From an uncultured Acidobacteriota bacterium (GTDB lineage Bacteria; Acidobacteriota; Blastocatellia; RBC074), in assembly GCA_963796275.1 (NCBI GenBank), contig CAWCKY010000006.1, positions 2,400,001 through 2,464,000 of the forward strand: DNA of 64,000 nt. Reading direction: 5' to 3'. The notes under the pieces were generated by a model. The model ran no database searches and was not told the DNA's origin. It was given only the letters and a program-made list of their open reading frames with translations. The translations under genes were made by a program, and so were the position numbers. This document shows, one piece after another, positions 28,790 through 40,900 of this stretch (the first letter of the stretch is position 1; each line of letters begins with the position of its first letter).

Positions 28790-30265
28790 ATGACTCTGAA
28801 ACGAATTGTGTTGTCTTTGAGTTTGCTGACCACGCTGTTGGGCCTGGCGCCACAGCGCACGCCGCGCACGATGGCGGCACAAACCAAACCCAACGTCCTG
28901 TTCATTGCTGTGGACGACTTGAATCATTGGGTCAAACACCTGGGGCGCAACAAACAGGTCATTACGCCGAACATTGATCGGCTTGCCAGGATGGGATTGA
29001 CCTTCGACCACGCTTACTGCGCCGCGCCGATCTGTAACCCTTCGCGTGCGGCGTTGATGTCGGGGATGCGGCCTTCGACGACGGGCGTGTACGACAATGG
29101 GGTTGATTGGCGCCCGGTCGTGGCGACAGACAGGACGCTGGTCACTCATTTTCGACAAAACGGTTATGCCGCTTACGGCGCGGGCAAGATTTATCACGGT
29201 GGCTTCGACCGCAAATCAGAGTGGGACGATTACCACCGTGAGCGCGGCGGCCCCTGTAATCTGTTGAATGATACGCCTGGCGTCGGCGGCATCCGGTTCT
29301 CGCCAGTGGACTGCGGCGACGAAGGCATCTCGGATTACGGCATCGCGAGCTACGGCATCGAACAGTTGCAGCGCAAGCACGACAAGCCGTTCTTCCTGAC
29401 CATCGGCTTCCACAAACCGCACATGCCCTGGAACGTGCCGAAGAAATATTTCGACATGTATCCGCTCGATAAAATCGAATTGCCGCCGTACCGCGAAGAC
29501 GATCTGAAAGACATCCCGGCGGAAGGCGTGAAGATGGCGCGCGGCCCCGGCTCGAGCTCTCCCGACAAACCTTCAGACCATGAACTGATGTTGAAGTCGG
29601 GGCGCTGGAAAGAGGCGGTGCAGGCTTATCTGGCGACGATCACCTACATGGACGGCCAGCTTGGACGCGTGCTGGATGCGCTGGAAAAATCGGCTTACCG
29701 CGACAACACGATCATCGTTTTCTGGGGCGATCACGGCTGGTCGCTCGGCGAAAAGCATCACTGGCGAAAGTTCGCGCTATGGGAAGAGCCGACTCGCGCG
29801 CCGTTCATCTGGGTCGCGCCCGGAGTGACAAAAGCCGGGACAGTGTCAAAACGCACGGTGGATTTTATGAGTATCTATCCGACGTTGTCCGAACTGTGCG
29901 GTCTGCCAATCCCCAAACACGTAGAGGGCGTCAGCATCAAGAAATTGCTCGCCGACCCGAATGCCAGTTGGACGACGCCCGCGCTGACAACGCACGGCTT
30001 TATGAATCACGCCGTCCGCACCGAACAATGGCGCTACATCCGTTATGAACGAGGCGATGAAGAGCTATATGACGAGACGAAAGACCCTTACGAATGGACG
30101 AATGTAGCTGGCGACAAGCAGCACGACAAATTGAAAGCCGAATTGGCGCGGGTTTTTCCGAAAGTGAATACGCCGCGCGGCACGCAGGCCAATGGTCGCG
30201 AGGGTGGCGGAGGGGGGGCACGACAGCGACGCGGCAACAATCGTCCGCCAGGACAAAACCGATAA
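28790..30265 (+). CDS. Sulfatase (S1, iduronate-2/choline-sulfatase-like)
   Basis: PNVLFIAVDDLN, CNPSR, GKIYH, KPH, GDHGWSLGEK; Gly/Arg-rich tail. Confidence 0.95.
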   Translation: MTLKRIVLSLSLLTTLLGLAPQRTPRTMAAQTKPNVLFIAVDDLNHWVKHLGRNKQVITPNIDRLARMGLTFDHAYCAAPICNPSRAALMSGMRPSTTGVYDNGVDWRPVVATDRTLVTHFRQNGYAAYGAGKIYHGGFDRKSEWDDYHRERGGPCNLLNDTPGVGGIRFSPVDCGDEGISDYGIASYGIEQLQRKHDKPFFLTIGFHKPHMPWNVPKKYFDMYPLDKIELPPYREDDLKDIPAEGVKMARGPGSSSPDKPSDHELMLKSGRWKEAVQAYLATITYMDGQLGRVLDALEKSAYRDNTIIVFWGDHGWSLGEKHHWRKFALWEEPTRAPFIWVAPGVTKAGTVSKRTVDFMSIYPTLSELCGLPIPKHVEGVSIKKLLADPNASWTTPALTTHGFMNHAVRTEQWRYIRYERGDEELYDETKDPYEWTNVAGDKQHDKLKAELARVFPKVNTPRGTQANGREGGGGGARQRRGNNRPPGQNR

Positions 30266-30299
30266 CCAAACCGGCGAGCAGGATCAGGATATTTCAAGA

Positions 30300-30524
30300 A
30301 TGAATACGAATCGTCGCAAATTTCTCAAGACCGCAGTCGCCGGAGCAGTAACTAGCGGCCCCACTCATTTGTCGCAAGCGGTCATCGCGTCGACGGGGTT
30401 TGCGGTCAGTGTGTGGACCGCACTTTCTGGCGATGCGGCGGCGGCGGACGCCGCATCCGGTTTTTTATCGGGGCGTGAGAGTCGTCGCGGTGGAGCGATT
30501 CGATTTAGAGATCATAGAGGTTGA
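30300..30524 (+). pseudogene. Orphan Tat-signal fragment
   Basis: MNTNRRKFLKTAVAGA is a clear twin-arginine leader, followed by ~55 aa with no domain. Confidence 0.5.
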
Positions 30525-31987
30525 ATTTGACGAGAAATAAGCAAGAAAACCGCCCGCTTCGTGAAAATTCGCGGGGATGGGCGGGAACAAACATTGAAAC
30601 AAGTTACCTGACTCAATGGCTGTGGTTTTGGCTGTGTTGCGTACTGTTGGTCGCTGCCGATCGCTCAGTGCTCGCCCAGGGAAAGGCAGACCCGAAAGCG
30701 AAGCCCAACATCCTTATCTTATACGCCGACGACTGGCGGCACGATACGCTGGGAGTGGCGGGGAATCCGGTTGTTAAAACACCACACCTTGATCAGTTCG
30801 CCAAACAAGGTGTGCGATTTCGACGCGCTTATGTCACGACATCTATCTGCGGAGTCAGCCGCGCCACGCTCTTCACCGGTCAATGGATGTCGCGTCACGG
30901 CAATAAGGCCTTCGACGCGTTCAAGACGCCGTGGACCGAAACATATCCGGGTTTGTTGCGCGCGAACGGTTATCACGTCGGGCACATCGGCAAATGGCAC
31001 AACGGAGAGTTCCCGGCGGAGCATTTCGATTTCGGGCGTTCTTACGCGGGCAAGCATTACCAACAACAAGCGGACGGCTCGACCATACACGTGACGCAAA
31101 AGAACGAGAACGATGCGTTGGAGTTTTTACGGACGCGCCCCGCCGATAAGCCGTTCTGCCTTACGCTCGCTTTCTTCGCCACGCACGCGGAAGATCAAAA
31201 CCCTAAGCAATATCTGTATCAGCCGAAAAGCGAATCGCTTTATCAAAACGTGACTGTTCCGGTTCCTAAAACGGCGGGCGATCAATATTTCAGTCGCCTG
31301 CCCCCTTTCATCGCCAATGATAAGAACGAAGGCCGCAACCGCTGGCATTGGCGGTTCGATACGCCGGAAAAGTATCAGCAGTACATGAAAGCCTATTACC
31401 GGTTAGCGACCGAAGTGGATTCGACGATCGGTCGTGTGCTGGCGGAATTGAAGGTACAGGGGTTGGACGAAAACACGCTGGTAATATTCACTACCGACAA
31501 TGGCTACTTCCACGGCGAACACGGGCTGGCGGACAAATGGTATCCGTATGAAGAGTCCATCCGCGTGCCGCTCGTCGTGCGTGATCCGCGATTGAGGCCT
31601 GGGAAACGCGGCAGCGTAAACGACGATATCGCGCTGAACGTTGATCTCGCCCCGACCCTGCTGGCTTTCGCCGGAATCGTTGCGCCCGTACAGATGCAAG
31701 GGCGCGACCTGGCACCGCTTTACCTGAATGCGGGCAAACCTGACTGGCGCGATGAATTCTTTTACCAACACGCGACCATTCGCAATATCGAGTTCATTCC
31801 TTCTTCCGAGGCACTCGTGCGCAGAGAGATCAAATACATCTACTGGCCGGATTTCGGCTACGAAGAGCTGTTCGATCTGAAACTTGATCCGCGTGAAGAA
31901 AATAATCTGGCGCATGAGAAAGCTTATGAGGCGAAGATGGCACAGTTGCGTCGCCGGTTTGCGGAATTGAAAGAACAGGCGCGCTAA
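30521..31987 (+). CDS. Sulfatase (S1, GlcNAc-6-sulfatase-like), non-canonical CGVSR motif; start uncertain
   Basis: [38 protein letters not shown]. Confidence 0.92.
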   Translation: MNLTRNKQENRPLRENSRGWAGTNIETSYLTQWLWFWLCCVLLVAADRSVLAQGKADPKAKPNILILYADDWRHDTLGVAGNPVVKTPHLDQFAKQGVRFRRAYVTTSICGVSRATLFTGQWMSRHGNKAFDAFKTPWTETYPGLLRANGYHVGHIGKWHNGEFPAEHFDFGRSYAGKHYQQQADGSTIHVTQKNENDALEFLRTRPADKPFCLTLAFFATHAEDQNPKQYLYQPKSESLYQNVTVPVPKTAGDQYFSRLPPFIANDKNEGRNRWHWRFDTPEKYQQYMKAYYRLATEVDSTIGRVLAELKVQGLDENTLVIFTTDNGYFHGEHGLADKWYPYEESIRVPLVVRDPRLRPGKRGSVNDDIALNVDLAPTLLAFAGIVAPVQMQGRDLAPLYLNAGKPDWRDEFFYQHATIRNIEFIPSSEALVRREIKYIYWPDFGYEELFDLKLDPREENNLAHEKAYEAKMAQLRRRFAELKEQAR

Positions 31988-32142
31988 GTGAAATAGCATA
32001 AACAAACTAGGATTGATATGCGATATGAACGCAAAGATGGGAAGGATTGCGTTCGCACTGTCCGGGCTGCGGGCGGCATCGATTTTCACGGATCGCTGAT
32101 TTTCAGGCACCGACAGTACACAAACATGGGAACCTTACTTTT

Positions 32143-33567
32143 ATGTCAAACAGATTATTTCCAGTTTTCCTCGCGCTGATGTTTTGCGTTCAGGTTGCCC
32201 ACGCGCAGCGACCCAACGTTCTGGTCGTTTTGTCAGACGACCACAGTGCCGCGCACGTCGGCGCCTACGGCAATCCGGACATCAAGACGCCGAATCTCGA
32301 TAAATTCGCCTCACAGGGCATGCGCTTCGAGCGGGCTTATGTCGCCGCACCGCAATGCGTGCCTTCGCGCGCCGCGCTGATGACCGGGCGTTCGCCGGTT
32401 GCGTTGCAGATGACGCGCTTTTCCGCTCCGTTGCCGATCGAACATAAAACGTGGTTGGAGTTGTTGCGCGCCGCCGGCTGGTTCACGGGAGTGGCGGGCA
32501 GGACATACCACCTGGACGGTTCGGCGTTGCCGCACGAATCGCAGGTCGTCTTCGACAAACATAAGTTGAAAACGTTCGAACAGCGGCTGGACTTTGTGCG
32601 AGTCGGCGGTGGCGGCAGACCAATCCACGTCGGGGCGGTTGCGCAATTCCGCGAATTTCTGGATCAGGCGAAAGGCAAACCGTTCGCGCTTCAACTCTGT
32701 TTCAGCGATCCGCATCGCCCGCTAGACGCCAATGCGATCCCGGGGCTGCACGACCCGATGAAGATCAAACTGCCCGCGCATTACCCTGACACGCCCGGCG
32801 TGCGAGCGGATTTTGCGCGCTACTACGACGAGATCGCCCGCTTCGACGGCAGCTTCGCTGAGGTTCTGGAAGAGTTGAACAAACGTGGTCTGGCCGAAAA
32901 TACCATCGTGGTTGCTATGGGTGACAACGGCGCGTCGCAGTTTCGCGGCAAGGGCACGCTCTATGAATTCGGCGTCCGCGTGCCATTCATTGTGCGATGG
33001 CCGGGCAAGGTCGAAGCCGGATCAGCCACTGGCGAGCTCTTTTCCGGCGAAGACCTGGCGCCGACTCTACTCGAAGCCTGTGGTCTGAAACCGCTCGACG
33101 CTATGACCGGGCGCAGCGCGCTGAAACTTCTGCGCGGTGAAAGCTACACGGGCCGTCCGTATGTTTTCGCTGAACGCGGAGCACACGGTTCGGGGTTGCC
33201 GAATGGAACTTCGCCTTTCGATCTGGGCCGGGTGGTCATCGGCAAACGCTACAAGCTGATTTACAACGCGCTTTGGCAATTGCCATATCAGCCGGTGGAT
33301 TTCGCGGGCGACGCTTTCTGGAAAGAACTTCAACAGATGAGCGGGGATAGCAAGCTCTCGCCGCTACATCAGCGGCTCTATTTTTCGCCATCTCGGCCGA
33401 TGTTCGAACTGTTCGATCTGGAGGCCGATCCCAACGAATTCAATAACCTGATCGATGATGAAAGACACTCGGCCGTCGAGCGGGAACTGAAAGCGGCGCT
33501 GCAGGAATGGATGATTCTGGAGCGTGATTACCTGCCGCTGCCCGTCCCGCCTCCCCTTAGGCGGTGA
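32143..33567 (+). CDS. Sulfatase (S1, N-sulfoglucosamine sulfohydrolase-like)
   Basis: Signal from ATG 32143; PNVLVVLSDD, CVPSR, DPHRP, GDNG..RGKGTLYE. Confidence 0.94.
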   Translation: MSNRLFPVFLALMFCVQVAHAQRPNVLVVLSDDHSAAHVGAYGNPDIKTPNLDKFASQGMRFERAYVAAPQCVPSRAALMTGRSPVALQMTRFSAPLPIEHKTWLELLRAAGWFTGVAGRTYHLDGSALPHESQVVFDKHKLKTFEQRLDFVRVGGGGRPIHVGAVAQFREFLDQAKGKPFALQLCFSDPHRPLDANAIPGLHDPMKIKLPAHYPDTPGVRADFARYYDEIARFDGSFAEVLEELNKRGLAENTIVVAMGDNGASQFRGKGTLYEFGVRVPFIVRWPGKVEAGSATGELFSGEDLAPTLLEACGLKPLDAMTGRSALKLLRGESYTGRPYVFAERGAHGSGLPNGTSPFDLGRVVIGKRYKLIYNALWQLPYQPVDFAGDAFWKELQQMSGDSKLSPLHQRLYFSPSRPMFELFDLEADPNEFNNLIDDERHSAVERELKAALQEWMILERDYLPLPVPPPLRR

Positions 33568-33664
33568 GCGCTATCCGTCCAGATGGCCAGGCCGGCTGTT
33601 CTAGGATATACCGGTTAATGATCAACTCCGCGGCTAGCGCCGGAATGCTGCTGACAGAAACAGG

Positions 33665-35431
33665 CTAGAGGCCTCGGGCAAGGACGGCCAACGTTACCTT
33701 GAGATCGATCGAAGACACGGGGCGCTCGAATCGCACCCATGGATCGCCATCGAAATAGCGGCGGAATATCTTCTCGGCTGTTCGGGTGGCGACCGCATCG
33801 ATGGTGAGCGTAGGATTCGGACCGCCGATAGCATTGGCGAGTGATGAGCCGTCGGCCACGAACAGACGCTTGACCCAGCGCGCCTCGCCGCTCTCGTCGA
33901 GCACTGAATTGTCGGCGCTCTCGCCCATGCGCATGCTCGATTGCATGTGGAGCAGGAGCGGAGCTAAGTCGACCCGGGTGACGGAGGTGCCACCCGCCGC
34001 CCGCACGATCTCGATCGCCTTCTTGACCAGGAAGTCGCGGTTCGCCTTCGTGCGCGCCGAACGCCCACGGCCGTTCATCTCCGCCCGCGGAATGGGTCCG
34101 TGCTCATCTGCTGGGAAGGCCGGAGACAAGCTGACGCGGTTCTGCGCCTCGACGTCGTCGTCGGTGAGGGCCGCCACGATCATCAGGCGATCGATGTTGC
34201 GGAGAAAGTCCTTGAACGCCCGGCCGGCGCGCCTGCCTACTACATCCGCGCCGGCGGAACCGACCGGAGCGCCGTTGTTGTAAAGGCCGATGATGCCCGA
34301 ATCGGTCAAGCCGCTGAACTGTGCCACCCCTGCTGGCCCGATGCCGACCTGCTCCAGCGAACCGTGGCCAGGGAAGTCCGCGCGGGTTGCGGAAGCCGGG
34401 CCGCTCGATAGGCCGGAGTCGCGCGGCAGGATTCCTATGATGAGGTCGAAGTGATGGTCGGTCAGCCCGCGCCCGACCCAGTCGTTAGGGTTGGGCAGGC
34501 CGCTGTTGAGCCACAAGCGGGGTGATTCGATGCAGCCCGCCGAGAGCACAACGACCTTGGCGGTTTCGGTTGTGAGATCGCCGGTGATTGTGTTGCGCCA
34601 GGTGACGCCGTTGGCCTGTCCCGCATCGTCAGTATGGATCCGCACGGCAAAGGCGTTCGGGACCAGGGTGATCGCCTTGCCTTGCCGCGCCCATCGATCG
34701 GCTGTCAAAGCCATAGGGATGTAGCTGTTATCCATCGAGCGTTTGGCTTTCAGGTTGCGTGGCGCGCGCAGCGGCAGGATGCAGCCCTGAAGGCAGTGGC
34801 CGCAGAATACGCAGCCTCGCGAGATCGGAAACTGGACGAGTCGCGGATCGTCCGTCCTGCCCGCGAGACCCTGCGGCTGCAAGATGGCGTTCTCCTGCGG
34901 CCGGAACCCGTCGCGCACCACGTCCTTGCGCGTCTGGTATCTGAGGCCGATGCTCTCGGCCGCATTCAGGAATATCTCTTCCTTCGTCCCCATCGGAGCG
35001 GTCTGCACCGGGAGAGTCTCTTCGACCCACTCGTAGTACGGGATGAGTTCTTGATAGCTGAAAGGGAACGTGTGCGCCCGGTCGTATGCCCCCCTGTCGT
35101 CGCGCGAGTAACCCCTAAAAGCACCTGGCATAGCGCGCGGCGAATTACCGAAGTAGTGTAGCGTCGTGCCGCCTACGCCGGCAACCTGGGAGATGATGCT
35201 GTGCTGGGGCAGATCCCGGGCCCACGACTGGCGCGTGCGATCCGACGGGCCGAACCGGAAGACGCCGTTGAACGCGCTGTTCTGGTCGATCTCGAAGTGC
35301 GTGAAGTCGCGCTCGCTGTCCTTGTGATGCGCCCCCGCTTCGAGCACGAGCACGTCAAGCCCCCGGCCGGCGAGTTCCTTGGCGACGACGGCTCCGCCGG
35401 CGCCCGATCCGATGACGATGATGTCACGCAT
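33665..35431 (-). CDS. GMC-family flavoprotein oxidoreductase (large subunit)
   Basis: ATG 35431 after GGAAGG; IVIGSGAGG, VGGTTLHY, CVFCGHCLQGC, HMQSSMRMG, GPNPTLT. Confidence 0.92.
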   Translation of the reverse strand: MRDIIVIGSGAGGAVVAKELAGRGLDVLVLEAGAHHKDSERDFTHFEIDQNSAFNGVFRFGPSDRTRQSWARDLPQHSIISQVAGVGGTTLHYFGNSPRAMPGAFRGYSRDDRGAYDRAHTFPFSYQELIPYYEWVEETLPVQTAPMGTKEEIFLNAAESIGLRYQTRKDVVRDGFRPQENAILQPQGLAGRTDDPRLVQFPISRGCVFCGHCLQGCILPLRAPRNLKAKRSMDNSYIPMALTADRWARQGKAITLVPNAFAVRIHTDDAGQANGVTWRNTITGDLTTETAKVVVLSAGCIESPRLWLNSGLPNPNDWVGRGLTDHHFDLIIGILPRDSGLSSGPASATRADFPGHGSLEQVGIGPAGVAQFSGLTDSGIIGLYNNGAPVGSAGADVVGRRAGRAFKDFLRNIDRLMIVAALTDDDVEAQNRVSLSPAFPADEHGPIPRAEMNGRGRSARTKANRDFLVKKAIEIVRAAGGTSVTRVDLAPLLLHMQSSMRMGESADNSVLDESGEARWVKRLFVADGSSLANAIGGPNPTLTIDAVATRTAEKIFRRYFDGDPWVRFERPVSSIDLKVTLAVLARGL

Positions 35432-36089
35432 CCGCCTTCCTCCTGTTCCTGAAATAGCCCCTGAACTCGTCGCGGCCGTTCGAAACGCCCGAGTAGTTGG
35501 AAATATCCCAGCCGATTGGCCGGCCGGAGATCGTGCGCGTGGCGGGGTTGAACACCGCGGTCTCGGCGTAGGCAAGAAAGCCGACGACTAGCGGTAGAGT
35601 GCCCGCCAGCGGCGCCGACGCCGGGTTGCCTTCGAGCGCGGCGAACACCCTGGCCTTGTCCGCAAACGAAAGGTTCGAGAACGGTGATGCGAACGGGCCG
35701 CTCGCTGCGGGATTCACCGCGAGCGCGGTGGAGTTCAGGAGTGCCGCGACCATGTCGGCTAAGTTCGGCACGAAAGGATTGGCAAAATTGAGCCCCTGAA
35801 AGAGCCCCTCGCCGGCGCCCGTCTCCAGGCCGCCGGGCTCGGGCGTGCTCTCGCCCTGATGCGCGGAGTAAGGATCCGGCCCCGGGACGAAGAACACCGC
35901 CACGCCATTCAACGTATCTCGCGTGATATCCGGCTGGGCCGCGAGCGCGGCCTCCGTCAGCCCGGTCCTCTCAAGCAACGCCGGCAGCGAGCTTAACGCC
36001 CCCGTCCCCAGCATCGCCCGGACGATGAACTTGCGGCGCGAGATTGTAGTAAGATCGGAGAGGCCATCGACGGCTTCGCCATTTCGCAT
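35424..36089 (-). CDS. Tat-exported small subunit (gluconate 2-dehydrogenase subunit 3-like) partner of the GMC enzyme
   Basis: SRRKFI Tat motif; FSNLSFADKARVFAALE helix pattern; GWDISNYSG. Overlaps the GMC start by 8 bp. Confidence 0.75.
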   Translation of the reverse strand: MRNGEAVDGLSDLTTISRRKFIVRAMLGTGALSSLPALLERTGLTEAALAAQPDITRDTLNGVAVFFVPGPDPYSAHQGESTPEPGGLETGAGEGLFQGLNFANPFVPNLADMVAALLNSTALAVNPAASGPFASPFSNLSFADKARVFAALEGNPASAPLAGTLPLVVGFLAYAETAVFNPATRTISGRPIGWDISNYSGVSNGRDEFRGYFRNRRKADA

Positions 36090-36342
36090 CGAGTCTTCCC
36101 CCTCATGATATTAAGGATATTAAGATATCCTTCGCCTCGGCTATTACAGGCGGGTGTCTCCTGTTTCTTCGCCCGAAACTGGGTTCATCTGCTGTTTCAA
36201 CAACTTCGCTTGTCTTTCTACCTAACAAATTTTTCGAGATCAAAATTCGATCCTGATTTAGGTGTAGACGGATGGTTAATTACAGCAAGTTAACTGTTAA
36301 CACTGAATGTTTGTACGTGCGTGAGAATAATGAGAACGTGGA

Positions 36343-36372
36343 TTTTTACTATGGACTGGCTGGAGGTGTCAA
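36343..36372 (-). promoter_or_regulatory. Candidate sigma70 promoter for the minus-strand GMC pair
   Basis: Minus strand TTGACA-18 nt-TAAAAA in an AT-rich intergenic region. Confidence 0.3.
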
Positions 36373-36537
36373 TAACGATGTGTAGAAATAGTAGATGCCT
36401 AATTGTTACCTTCCGCTCTACATCTTCGGTGGAGATTTTCTGCTTTGGGCACGACTAATGTAACGAATGAAAGCCAGAATTAGGTGTCTTTTCATGAATG
36501 TCTTTTCCTCTGCCAGCGCCTCGTTAAGGCGGCTTCA

Positions 36538-37390
<853 letters not shown>

Positions 37391-37462
37391 ATATCTACAC
37401 AAATAGGATATCTCGCAATACCACCAACCGGCATGAGGTTGTCCATAATATTGGCATCACCT

Positions 37463-37576
37463 CAGCCAGATGACGTTCTTTGAAATATAGATGCACTCCT
37501 CAATCCCACCGACGGCAGTCGGTGGGATTGGCCGCATCCGTGGTTGCATTTTTTTTCAAAGACCATTACCGGGCTG
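37463..37576. mobile_element. MITE-like element family C (114 bp) with central REP-like hairpin
   Basis: Left CAGCCAGATGACGTTCTTTGAAA; right revcomp CAGCCCGGTAATGGTCTTTGAAA. Flanks ATCACCT (37456-37462) and ATCATCT (37577-37583). Central CAATCCCACCGAC-GGCA-GTCGGTGGGATTG (37501-37530). Confidence 0.62.
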
Positions 37577-37691
37577 ATCATCTCTTGCCAACCATATCCA
37601 GAATAAATTTGTAAAGGCGCCAGCCACGCAGATACGCCGCTCGTTTCCCGGTTAGAAGAGAAAGCACCTCAGAACCCTGAAATTCCACACT

Positions 37692-37960
37692 ATGGGCCAC
37701 CATTACTTTAGCGGGCTATCGCCACTTGAATTGCCGAAGAACCTGCCGGGCTGGTATGATGGTTATACAACAACAACTAATACGCTACAGAACGGGCGGC
37801 ACTATCGCTCACAGGCATATACCTTAATTGATCTATAACCCGGCCGCGTTCCGCGGACGAGCGCTGGAATTCACCAACGCTGACGGGATGAAGCAGTACG
37901 TCAACGAAATTTATTGGTACGGCACGACTGGGCACGAGTACGGCCATCGGCACGTAACTA
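37692..37960 (+). pseudogene. Relic of an HEXXH metallopeptidase-like gene
   Basis: MGHHYFSG...AYTLI frameshifts into IYNPAAF...YWYGTTGHEYGH. Confidence 0.4.
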
Positions 37961-37972
37961 CATCTATAAGTT

Positions 37973-40900
37973 ATGCAACGATCGATGAAAATATTGGTGC
38001 TGCTCTTCGCCGCCGCGGCGGCGCTCCCGTTGTGGGGCGGACTGGCGCTCTTCCCGCCTCAGTTACCTAAGGTTGATTTCGCCCGCGACATTCAACCGAT
38101 CTTCCAGGCGCGCTGCGCGAAGTGCCACGGAGGCGAAAAGCAGATGTCGCAATTGAATTTGCTCGACAATCAATCGGTTGCGCGCATCGTCATAGCGGGC
38201 AATAGCAAGGACTCGCGTCTGGTACATCGCCTCTTAGGGTTGAATAACGAAGCGCGCATGCCCAAAGGCGGCGAGCCGCTGGAGGCCGAACAGATTGCAA
38301 TCATCGAACGCTGGATCGATGAAGGTGCGGACTTTCCCGCGGCGGCTTCCATTGAAGCCGGCGTCAAGAAGCACTGGGCCTTCGTGGCGCCCGTGCGCCC
38401 GACCGCTCCCGCAGTCAAAAACAAAGCCTGGATACGCAATCCGATTGACGCCTTCATCCTCGCCCGACTTGAAAAAGAGAATCTAGCTCCTTCACCTGAA
38501 GCCGACAAGATCACGCTGCTGCGCAGACTTAGCTTGGATTTGATCGGCTTGCCGCCCACGCCGGAAGAAGTTGATGCGTTCCTCAAAGACACTTCCTCCC
38601 AAGCTTACGAAAAACAGGTCGAGCGGTTGTTGGCTTCTCCACATTATGGCGAGCGTTGGGGCCGGCTGTGGCTGGACGCGGCGCGCTACGCTGATTCCGA
38701 CGGATTCGAGAAAGACAAGCCGCGCTCCGTCTGGTTCTATCGCGACTGGGTCATCAACGCGCTGAATCAGGATAAGCCCTACGATCAATTCATCATCGAA
38801 CAGATCGCCGGAGATTTATTACCCGGCGCAACGCAAGAGCAGCGCGTGGCGACCGGCTTCCTGCGCAATTCGATGATCAACGAAGAGGGTGGCGTGGATC
38901 CGGAACAGTTTCGCATGGAAGCGATGTTCGACCGGATGGATGCGCTCGGCAAAGGCGTGCTCGGACTGACTATTCAATGCGCCCAGTGTCACAACCACAA
39001 ATTCGATCCGCTCAAGCAGGAAGAATACTACCGCATGTTCGCCTTCCTGAATAATTCAAACGAAGGCAGTGTGGCTGTGTACACTCCGGAGGAGCAGATG
39101 AAGCGCGCCGGCATCATGTCCGGCACGCGCGAAATCGAAGCGAAGTTGCGGGAAATCGCCCCCGACTGGCGCGCGCGGATGAACGCCTGGGAAGATATCG
39201 TCACAAACGACCAGCCCGAATGGAAGGTCATTCAGCCCGAAGTCAACGACGTATCAACCGATGGCGCGAAATACCTGCCGCAGAAAGACGGCTCGTTCTT
39301 GATCGGCGGCTACGCTCCGGCGAAGCATCGAGTGAAACTGAGCTGGCATACGGACGTGGCTAACATCGCGGCATTTCGGCTGGAGCTAATGACCGATCCC
39401 AATTTGCCGCTCGGCGGCCCGGGCCGCTCGTATAAAGGCTCGTGCGCGCTGACCGAGTTTGAAGTCGAAGCCGGGCCCGCCGCCTCAAACAAGGACGATC
39501 AGAAGAAAGCCTCGAAGCTCAAAATCGCCCGAGCAACCGCCGATGTGAGTCCTCCCGAAACCGAGGTCGAACTGAAATTCAACGACAAGAGCGGCAGGCG
39601 GCGCTTTACAGGGCCGATTGATTTGGCGATTGACGGCAAGGACGAGACCGGCTGGAGTATCGACGTCGGCCCCGGACTTCGCAATCAACCCCGCAAGGCA
39701 GTCTTCAATCTGGAAAAGCCGCTCGCCAATGCAGGCGGCGCGGAGTTGACGTTCTACCTGAGCCAGCGGCACGGCGGAACGAACAATAACGACAACGAAC
39801 AGCAGGGCCTCGGGCGGTTCCGCCTGTCAATGACGACGGCGGCGAATGCAGTCGCCGATCCCGTGCCGGCGGGCCTGCGCGAAATATTCGGCGTCCCGCG
39901 GAGCCAGCGCACCAAGGCGTCAGGTTGACGCCGTGTTCAGCTACTGGCGCACGACCGTCCCCGAATTCGCGGCTTACAACCAGCAGATCGAAGCGCTGTG
40001 GAAACAGTACCCGGAAGGCGCTTCACAACTGGTCATGAACGAGCGCGCTGAAGCGCGCGACTCCTTCACGCTCAAACGAGGCGATTTCCTGCGCCCGGAT
40101 AAACGGATCACGCCCGCCGTGCCCGCATTTTTGCACCCGTTGTCCGCCACCGCGCCCGCCAATCGACTGACGTTCGCGGAATGGTTGGTCGATCGCCAGG
40201 CGCCTACGACGGCGCGCGCGCAGGTCAATCGATTGTGGCAGGCATATTTCGGAACGGGGATAGTGGCGACGGCGGAAGACCTGGGCAAACAGAGCGAAAC
40301 GCCTTCACATCCCGAATTGCTGGATTGGCTTGCGGTGGAATTGATGGACGGCGGGAGCGACGAGGTGAATTTCAAAACCCGAAGCTCTCGAATCGCATCC
40401 TCCGGATGGTCGCTCAAGCACATTCACCGTCTGATCGTCACGTCAGCGACCTATCGCCAGTCATCGAAAGCCACCCCGCGATTACTCGAGAAGGACCCGC
40501 ACAATCGCCTGCTGGCGCGCGCGCCGCGTTTACGAGTCGAAGCCGAAATCGTGCGCGACATCGCCCTGGCGGCCAGCGGCCTGCTCAACCAGCGCGTCGG
40601 CGGCCCCAGCGTCTTTCCGCCTTCGCCGGAGTTTTTATACCTGCCGCCGGCTAGTTACGGGGCTAAATCCTGGCGCGAAGAAAAAGGCGAGAATCGCTAC
40701 CGCCGCGCCCTCTATACCTTCCGCTTTCGATCCGTGCCATATCCGATGCTGCAGACGTTCGACGCACCCAACGGGGATGTTTCGTGCGTCATTCGCCCGC
40801 GTTCCAACACGCCGTTGCAGGCGCTGACCACGCTCAACGAGACATTGTTTTTAGAAGCGGCCCGCGCGCTGGCCATGAAAACATTGAAAGAAGGCGGCGC

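Noticed and set aside
39900-39930. Programmed ribosomal frameshift
   Set aside because: No slippery heptamer or homopolymer, and the paralogue at 12473 is continuous.
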